Source: Tubulanus polymorphus (Eukaryota; Animalia; Nemertea). Taken from it: 64,000 nt of DNA. The translations under genes and the position numbers were made by a program. Shown here one piece after another: positions 54,693 to 64,000 of this stretch (its first letter is position 1; each line of letters opens with the position of its first letter). The stretch spans positions 8,278,451-8,342,450 of the forward strand of contig NC_134035.1 in assembly GCF_964204645.1 (NCBI RefSeq), in the 5' to 3' direction. Under the pieces are notes generated by a model, which saw nothing but the letters and a program-made list of their open reading frames with translations, ran no database searches and was not told the DNA's origin.

Positions 54693-57100
54693 ACGCCTTT
54701 TATTCGTAACGTATTTCGGTATCACGAACGAAAACCAAGTGGAACGAAACTCGTCATAAAGTCTCAATACCGTAAGATTCTCTTCGATCGGGCGCTGAAC
54801 GATGAAATCAATCCGGATTACGTTTAAATCCATATTCTACGTACGAAGTCGAACTCGCGTGTGCGTCATCATAGATCATTACGTCGTTTCTAATCCAAAT
54901 GACGACTTATACTTAGTAAATCGAATTGGAAACACAAATTGGTAATCAAAAATGGTGGCCACTAATTGTCCGACGATGAATTAAGCGAGTTTGACGCGGT
55001 TACAGTGGAACCTCGTTAAAACGAACTCGTATACAACCATCGGTTATAACATAGAATTTTGTCCCAAATAACACAATTTCCCTTATTTCATACTGGTTAT
55101 AATGAACATATTTTCTGATCCCGTGAAGTTCGCTGTAACGAGGTTCCGCTGTATTTATATATGCAATGTTGATAATTTCAGTTGGATAAGATCGAAATTA
55201 AGATCATACTGATGCGAATAGAGTGCGTATATGATATATGAATATGGTGAAATCTTATTGCTTTTTCGGGCTGGTTTTATAATTGTTCATTAGACGAACG
55301 GTGAGATTTTAATGAATATATGACACGTGTATGTTTTGCGATAACCGTGTATTTTTCAATGAACAGCTACTAGTAGACTGCACTGGCCTCGGATCTCGCC
55401 GGAACTGTGGTAAAACCTCGCCTTACTCGGACGTGGCCAACTCCGACTTAAGACTCATAGGCGTCCCCAAGGGTAGCGGACGCACCCCCTTTTCGAGATA
55501 GCTAACTTCTCAAGTTACTGTTTTATCAATGTTCAAGATTTTTCTTGCCAATTTGACTAGTCTTTTAACTCTAAATGATTCATTTAGAGCCTGGAAAATG
55601 TCTCTAAAGCCTGCAATTTTCAAAAAGTTTTTTGGTGGAGACCCACCGAACAGATGCAAACCCCCTATGAAAATTCCTGGGGACGCCTGTGAGACTAACT
55701 CGAAGTAAAAAGTAATAATCTTTCAGGTTTTCTTACGTATTGTCCTATCATTTACTTTGGAATAGGCAAATATAGGACATTCGTCTGGAGAACGTGATCA
55801 TCCGAGGTAATCGCGAGTCTACTACACTATATGAAACCGCAATCAGTTTCCGGTTGTGTATACTGACGTAAATACACTTTGGAATCTACGTTACAGTGCT
55901 AGCGTGTTAAAACAGTATACATGAGAACGCTCAGGCCGGGGAGGCTGGGGCCTTCATCTCGTACACTTCAGCTCTTATTCAAGAAAAATCCCAATCAGAA
56001 CTGTTTCGTATGTTGTATGTATTGATTTCAGATTCGGGAATTAAATCAACATCGACGAATGGATTTTATTCAAAGATAAATTTCATCGTTTATTCAGTAT
56101 TCACAGCCGCGAATTCAAGCGTTTTTCATTAGTTCTTTAATTACAAACTTGTTAAACGATGTTTGCGTGGAATTTGAAAATAAAATACTTATAAAACACC
56201 GAACCGGGTTTTGATTAGTTTTTTTCTAGCTTTTCGATATAATTCTGTTTCGATGTATGTAGGTCTGTCTTTTGTTAGTTGCACCGGTCTTCAATTGAAA
56301 TCTCAGACGACCATTGTTCCATTTCCCACAGTCAAACGTAGGGCAACTCTAGTAGGCAAGTGGTATCATTAGGCAGATGTGGCCGACCCGTACCCAGTTC
56401 CTTCAGTACTTCTACTGCAAATTGAGATCAGCAGACCCTGGTTTTTTATGGGTGCTACTACAACATTTATATTAGACACCAAAACGACAGTGTCTACAGA
56501 TCGGTCATTCCTAGATATAAGGAGTTGTCAAGGTGTACATTTCGAGGAAGCGTCTACATCATTATTTACATCCCAATTACTGTACTGACCCTGGTCATCT
56601 TGGTCAATCATTGATTTGATGGTTTTATAAGCAATCATTAATATACACACTACCTAAACTCTGCTTCCAATTTGGTAACCCCATACGAGGAAAAAATCCA
56701 GGTTCCAACTATCGATTTAGGCGTAGTCTGCTGTACAAGTACAAACAAAAGTTGATCAGCGCATGTTTGTAGAAACAACGTCTCAAATGCTACGAGGATC
56801 AAAACATGTTCGCCCAGGCGTCGCCACCACAGTAACAGTACCCGAGACATTTTCTTTGAAAATGAATAAGGGCGTTACGTCTGAACCATCAACTTTAGTC
56901 AGACATTTGCGAAAAATGTGATCGTCCTGACTTCACCATCAAAAAGGTGATCATCTGTACAGACAATTGCATAAAGGATGATCAGTGATAAAACAAATCT
57001 AACCACAGTTTCAAACCTCTTCTTCATAAAATGCGTCGTTTCCTTTTATCGAAACAAATATAAATTACAAGGCAGATTTATGCTATCGAAATGCTAGCTA

Positions 57101-60100
57101 TCAGTTCGTATCGGACTTATGCTTTTTCTTCTTTTTCTTTTTCGACGACGATATCGAAACGCTTTCGTCGCCGTCGATTACGCGGCTAACGTCTAACGAA
57201 GTTTCGCCGTCTGCCTCGTCGCGCTTGTGTTTTTTCTGTTTCTTCTTTTTTTTCGAAATGTTCGTCGGAGTATCGACGGCGGAATCGTCGACGACGTTCG
57301 AGCCCGGCGGCGATAAAACGCTCGCGTTCGCCGACGAGTCGACGGCCGACGCGTCGTCGTCGCCGCGGTGTTTTTTCTTTTTCAGCTTTTTGCGTTTCGG
57401 CGGCGTCGAGTCGGGCGTGGCGTACTCGCTAAGATCAGTTTCGACGCGCGTTTCATCTCCTTTCGTTTGTTCGGCGTCAGTGTTTTTCTCTTTACGTTTA
57501 CGTTTCGCGGATTTGAATCGAATGTCCGGTAATTCTTCATTCGCGATACTATCGTCGTTATTCGCCGCCAGTGGAGTTTCGTTTAGATCCTCTTCAACTG
57601 TAAAAGTCGAGATTTCATTCACGTACCATATTATTTCATAGCAAAATACATGTACAGTAGATTCTGCGTGTCTTAGATCTTGCGGGTCAAATCTATTTCT
57701 CTCCGAAAAAACTGTCAACCTCCGATAAACCGCCCACATCAGTGTATAACGATTTTGGCGGTATATCGGAGGTGTTTTACTATGTATTTTATAGAGATGT
57801 ACATTTAGAAAACCTGGCGGTAGGCGAGGGTGGTGGTAAATGGGAGGGCGGTGTATCGCGGTTTCACTGTATGCGAATTCTGGGGCAGTCGGAGCAGGGA
57901 TCACGATGAATAGGGGCGAGAAAATTTGTATTATATTGACAGTGTCCGTGGCACGCGATCCATGGTATTCGACTCCAGGCTTATGTAGCCTACTGTACTA
58001 CACATTTTCAACCTCGCTAGGATTCGAACCCTCAAGACTCAGCCATGGCACGAAACCCTGCACGTTTATGAGTAACCCGAGTGTGCAGGTATTAGCGGGG
58101 TTTAGCCATACAAAAACATGCGGCGCCAAACAAATTTCACGGTTTACATGTTTAACTAAATGGAAAAATCTGGCGCTGGCAGTGCGATTTGGCTAATCAG
58201 ACAGGGTTTTGTGCTGTGGCAAAGTCTTGTGATGCCATCATGTTTGAATCCCTACGCGAGGAGGGAGGCATTTTCTAAGCTCAGAAATTGAAACATTTTC
58301 ATTCGTTCATTTTCTAACTACAGTAAACAGTAGTGCAGGGACTACAGTCGAACCAGCTTAATTAATCCGGATTTTGATTTACCGGTAATCTGGATCCAGG
58401 TTCACAGTTCCGCGTTAAGATTTGACTCGGAGTTAACTCGCTGAAAATGAACTAATTTAATCTTGGAGTTAATTCTAACTCACAACTGTGGTCCTGGATA
58501 TCGTAAGCAGTATTCCATTAATCTATTTACATAAATTAAATTTATATAAAACATGATGCTTAAGCCGAACTCAGAACTGTGGAACTAGGTTCAAAACTGG
58601 ACAATACCTTTGATTTTGCGTTTTTTCTTGGCAGGTTGCACCGGAGTCGTAGACGGCGACTCTTCAAACATTCGTTTCTGACCGCTCGATCCCACCCTAG
58701 AAATTTATTGAAAAAGTAGAAATAAAACATTAAGAGTTTAATCAATAACCGATTTGAGATAAGCAGGTTTTCAGGTGTCGAAACTAGTAACGATTCAAAG
58801 AAAGTATATGTGATGGGGTGATGTTTTATTCACTGTTTAATACGTTGATCTTTCAGGTTTTGCACTATGAATACTTTAGTGCCATCTATCTGATTTAGCA
58901 TTTACTATTCTATTACTATTCTACTGGACATAGGTCAGTTTCTTAAACATTCTGGCTGTTTCATGTAATAGTTTTCATTGATATATATTGGTTGTCTGCC
59001 AGTGACATCTATGCCATTTGTTCATTGGACAGAACTTGTATACACAAATACTTCTCTTTGATGATTGGCTAATATTTGTCAGTATTACGTACAGTAAGAA
59101 CTATCTGTACAGTGAATGCATGTGGGAGCGAGAAAAAAGTGTTCACTGTTGGATGGAGGTGTTCACTTTTGGGAGGGTCAGACCATCGTGCAACATGGCG
59201 CGACACCTAAGGCGAATTTATCACAACGTACCTAATTCCGGATTCATTAGCAAAGGGAAATCTTATTTCTATTTTACCAAATTGAACTGATTACCAAATT
59301 TACCGAGTCCACTGTAATAAATAATTACTAATGACATTAACCTCTTCGTCACCACTTCTGACGTATGTTTACATTACAATGAGCTTCTCTCACCATGCAT
59401 GACGTTTATCTACGTCGCAAATATACGTGATAAATACGATTGCTGGTGTGCGGTGTTCTCCATAAGGGGTTTTTGAGGGGTGGGCCTCCCCTCAAAAATT
59501 TGAAAACGTGAAAATCCGCCCCTGTTAATTTTTGCCGCCCTTCTATAAAAGTCAAGCGCCCCTACAAAAAACTGATCTACTTGTCCCAATAAGTTGAAAC
59601 ACTACCGGTACGTCAATAATTGTATAAATAGAGTGAGTCAGACAAAGCTTCACGCCATGTAAACTTATTACATATGTCGATAATTGTAGAAACGGCTCAC
59701 CACAAGCCACGTGGCGCCGCTCAGGTAGGCCTATAAATACCCTGGGATTTCCCGGTGGGCCAATATGCTGTTGGTGTGAAGCTGTACTAAATAGTTGTTC
59801 GCTTCGACTACCAGGTAGTTTCAATTTCTACTCATAGATGGAGGTTAAGTACCTCAAATATCGTATTGATTTGAATTGAATGATGCCATCGGGTTCGAAT
59901 CCTGGTGACGGGCGGAAGAGGTGTATAGGATTATACACCGCACCGTGGAGTAGACGCAATGAAAGAGGTTAATCGGATTACGCAGGTTACTCACATTGAA
60001 ACGTATTGCCCTTTAATCGAGAGGACACCGCTGTGCGGATAAACCGAAGTCACCCGTAGCACCACTTCCTGACCGACGGCCAGAGCGGGCACGGCGCCTA

Positions 60101-61103
60101 CGCTTTCGTCGAACTTCGGTATCGACGCGTTGAAACGTCCGTGCACTAAACAGCCGATGTGGCCTTTACTGAGTTTATTGACGACGCCGATGACCGTTTC
60201 GCCGGGCTGCGGCTGGAAAATGATGAATTTCAAACGTATCTCGAAATACGTCAGTCCGCTGTCGTCTATTAGTCCCGACTTGCTGAGTACTTTTACACCG
60301 CTGTACGCAATCGGAACGCCTTTCAATCTGAAATCGATAAATTTTTCACTTAAAACATAGAAAAACTTACTTTTTCACTAATTCCGCGGTGGAGTTTGTA
60401 CTATTCATTGTATTTCACATGAAGAGGGGATATGATCCCGAAAATGCTCATTAAGTGTTCATACTCATTAGAAAATCAGATTCATAACAGTGATTATTTA
60501 TTTTATAGGTTTTTGTATTATCCGACTTGGACATTGCTGGACAAATCTACCCAGTCCCAAATGATCTATCTCACTTAACAGGGGGCACGTCTGATAGCAT
60601 CTTTAAGAATGAGTTCCTAATCTGCAGAAAGATGTTTTTTAATAAAGACCAGGATCAAAAGTTAACTGTAGTTGGAAAAAAGCAAGAATAACAAAACAGT
60701 TTTAATCGTAACTACATCAGTTATCCATCAATTTAACTTTTTAACCAACATTTCAGCAACTGGCTCTCTTGGAATCCAGTTTCAGAAAAACATTACCAGC
60801 GACGCATAGAATGAAATAATGAAGGAATGAATTCATCGACGAGTTAAACATTTTCCAGGTACTGATAATATATGAACACTGCTGTTGTTACGACACAAAC
60901 CTCTCCGAATACATATTCATTTCCACGTTCAGTTGACGTATAATTCCCGTTTTCGGATTGCCGGAAAAAATCGGATAAAGCGCCATCGGTTGCTGCACTT
61001 CTCGCGCTATGAAACAGCTATGCGGGTCGTCGAGCATATCTTCCGCCTGCGCGAAAGTGAGAGTGGTTTCATCTCTGACGGGAACCGTCGATGATGACGA
61101 CAT
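57101..61103 (-). CDS. POLR1F: RNA polymerase I subunit RPA43 (4 exons, ~373 aa)
   Basis: Exons 61103-60901, 60327-59995, 58696-58608 and 57597-57101 (1122 nt, in frame). LKGVPIAY, FIIFQPQPG..GVVNKLSKGHIGCLVHGRFNASIP, and a lysine-rich tail. Confidence 0.93.
58010..58262. mobile_element. Inverted-repeat element (MITE-like) in an RPA43 intron
   Basis: CCTCGCTAGGATTCGAAC..AAGACT..GCCATGGCACGAAACCCTG pairs with CAGGGTTTTGTGCTGTGGC..AGTCTT..GTTTGAATCC..GCGAGG. Confidence 0.55.
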
Positions 61104-64000
61104 TGCGGTACGGTCAGACGTATTATCACTTCTATTCAAACACATATGAATACCGATTCAACGGACACAGCACAGCTGAAAAATACAAATAAAATAGACT
61201 CCACCTGATTCGGATGTGTCCAGAACGGAATGTTTATGTTAGTGCGTCAGTAACCATTTAGTGTTTACTCCCCTCAAATTTGGAAGGACTTTTTTTATCA
61301 GAAGAAAGAGTCAAAAAGAAGGACAATAAAGATTATGTTTGTCTAAACTTTTTTCAAAAGAAGGACAAAAGAAGGACTTGGAAGTACCGCTGGAAACCCT
61401 GTTTCACGATGGGATATTTTCACTAAGCTCATCCGGTTAAAAAAGCTTACCACAAACGATAAGGTAACTATATACTAACTACCATACCAAGTTCAACTAA
61501 GCCCCATCTCATGATGTGGGCTCATGATTGATGTTCCTTTTATTTTGGACACTCCTCCTTTCAATCAGAGGTGAATCTAGTAGTAACGGATGTCAAGCAT
61601 TTGTCAAGTAATGGAATATCTTGTCCGGTAAAGTAGAAATATGCCAAGTGAACAAATACATTTTTCGATTTGAATTGAATTAATTTGTGATTTAAATGGA
61701 ATCGTGCCGGAATTACATTATACGGGACACTAATTACGACTCCATCTATTGTTGTCAGATCTCACCCACATTTTCAAAAAAGAATTTTGGAAATTCAACT
61801 CCTTCGTTGAACTAGGAGAGAGCGATTTAAAAAGAATCTTCACTATTTTCCGCGTGGTCGTTTTCGATCCATGGGCGCCGCCATTTTGCTCTACGTGGGT
61901 TCGAATCCCGACCATTTATAACTTACGCTACTTGTCGCGGGGCAGAGAACACCCCAGTCTCTCAAACGCAGATATAACGATATAAAGGCCGTAAAAACAC
62001 AAACCCCGTAAGGCCTGCTTAAACAAAATGCTTATCAGTCCTATGTTATGGATTCTACATTGAATTTCTATTGAATGGCGGTAAACCAAATGCCGCCCCC
62101 TGTCAAGACCCGGCCTCAATACTGTATTTTACTTAGTTTAGTAAGGTTTACTGCATTACATCTTACAACATAAATCTTTGCTTTCTCGCGGAATATAATC
62201 CGTCAGAAAAACAGATGAAATATTTTTAATTCGTTTGGTCGGGGGTAGCGATCGAATTACGACCAACATGGGTCATGGGTATGTTGTATGGGTCAACAAT
62301 TCTCGAAATTTGGATACAATTTTTTTTGCAATTGCAAAGTAATCCATTCTCAAATCATACTGAGGTACCAGGCATTCGTATTTACGATCTGTCCGGCCTC
62401 TTCAATAGGAACGTGTCCCTTTTCAAGGTAAAAGTTTTTCTTGAAATAGAACTGTCCCTCAAAAGCTCGACACGGGCCTGGCCTATTCAGAAATTAATAT
62501 ACCGGTATACACATAAATAGGGTTCATAAACAGCGCAAGGCGGCCTATTGCAAAATAACATATCGCCAGATGAAATATCGATTCGATCAATCATCACATA
62601 AAAATTCATGTAGGTCTATAAAGCAAGTAGGCATGCTAGGTCAGATCCAGATGTCTTGTGGCACAGCTGTTGCCCGCTTACTTATTTCTAGAGGTCTCGA
62701 ACACGAGGCGAATTAAATGCTTCGCCCCCTGTGTGCGGGTGATTTTTCCAGCACATTTTGTCGCACGCCAATTATGCGTTCGCTGACGCAATGCAAATTA
62801 ACTTTGCGCAGCGCAAAAGGGCAAATACTATTCACTCACGAGTGTGCTTTGCAAGAACGCAGGCCTATATACTGATACTTTTCTACTTGATAATGTGAGG
62901 AGTTTTTGAATTGCAAAATAATCTACATTATCAATTCATGAACCTCATTAATATACATTGAAATCATAGACCCATAGAAATGTCCTAGGGTGTCACTTAA
63001 GATTTTTTTTGTTAATGGGCTCCGTCAGAATTAATACAAGCGGATATATATCTAAATATGCCATACTTTGCGCCGTATCCGCCAAGCGCTGAAAGCAACG
63101 AGCATTTATGAATCCTTGAAATTGCTCGAAGGTTCTTATAGTCTTAATTTTGAAATTCGAAGCTTGAGAGGCGCATTTTCTGGACATTTTAAAGGCAAAT
63201 ATTCATTGAAATTTCCGGTATGTGAATAAACAAAATCTGGAACTAAGGGAATGCGGAACTTGGATTTTAAGGGGGGGGGTCGTCTTCATCCCCTTCTCTG
63301 GCGACACCCATGATAAGTGCTTAATATAGCTAATTCAGGAAGCAATCATATTATGATGAATTTCGTATGAGAAAAATATGGTCTCTCTTCGGTTATCTTT
63401 TACCTTCGATTGATTAATTGAATAAAAATCGATATATCCGATTATATCGACAGCTGCTGCTGCGTGGAAAACGTTTGGTCGATGACTAAAACAGCAGCTG
63501 ACTAAAGACAGGCACGCTGAAGTCGCCTATAAACCGATATTAAAACAGCTTTCGTATCGATGTAGACTAAGCGGTAAAAAACGGTTGTGATTTAAGTATA
63601 CGAAATCTATCAACAGAAAGGTAATCAATTATTAAGCATTCGCCGTGTTTGAGATGTAAGCCTATTTAAAAAATGTATATCATATATGGGAGACTCCTCT
63701 TCTATTGGAATGCTTTCAAGTCGAATTCTCTTCGTTAGCGCAGCCGATGAAATTGAAATCATTTAACCATTCACCAAATAATCATTCAATGATCCATTAC
63801 GGTTTACAAAATGACCCGGCCGATTAGGAGAAACAAGGTATCATTTGATTCTTGCCGTGTCAAAGTGACAAAATTGGCAAAGATATCATACTGAATGAAT
63901 TACATACATCATAAAATACCGACTATTAGGAATTAGGAAATTGATGAGGATTTTTGACCACAGATTTGGTTTCATTAACAGGGGTTGATAGGGGTAGACG

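Noticed and set aside
49000-57000. Numerous short ORFs downstream of Siah
   Set aside because: No coding signal or splice chain; consistent with UTR, intergenic DNA and decayed repeats.
61880-61915. tRNA-like GGTTCGAATCCC..CCA (also ~59890 and ~47785)
   Set aside because: No complete cloverleaf; B-box/SINE-like fragments only.

Overview
Animal (invertebrate, probably lophotrochozoan; inference) genomic DNA with introns. Bases 1-11412 are the right part of a very AT-rich, intronless, apparently intact Polinton/Maverick-type endogenous DNA virus. It carries the pPolB C-terminus, a Zn-finger/VLTF3-like protein, a penton-like minor capsid protein, a block of membrane proteins, a major capsid protein, a DDE integrase with chromodomain, an A32/FtsK-type packaging ATPase, and an ACTACT terminus. 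The main observation is that 13 of its 14 complete genes start in ATAAATG, mostly 5-8 nt after a T-run, on both strands. That is the architecture of poxvirus late promoters, and the element also appears to encode a poxvirus/NCLDV late transcription factor 3 (VLTF3)-like protein. This suggests a virus transcribed by pox-type cytoplasmic machinery, possibly virophage-like. Two decayed relics of related elements lie at ~32.9-35.8 kb (membrane-gene block) and ~38.4-39.7 kb (left TIR, Zn-finger and pPolB N-terminus). Host genes: a 5-exon CYP2-clan P450, a calmodulin-like protein with an MGC N-terminus, an uncharacterised multi-exon gene, two intronless class A GPCRs (one nested antisense in a Siah intron beside its own pseudogene), Siah E3 ligase and RPA43. 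Also present: Penelope-type hammerhead-like motifs, Harbinger-like MITEs, a SINE, LINE and copia fragments, and mini/microsatellites. All assignments come from motif recognition by eye; no searches were run.
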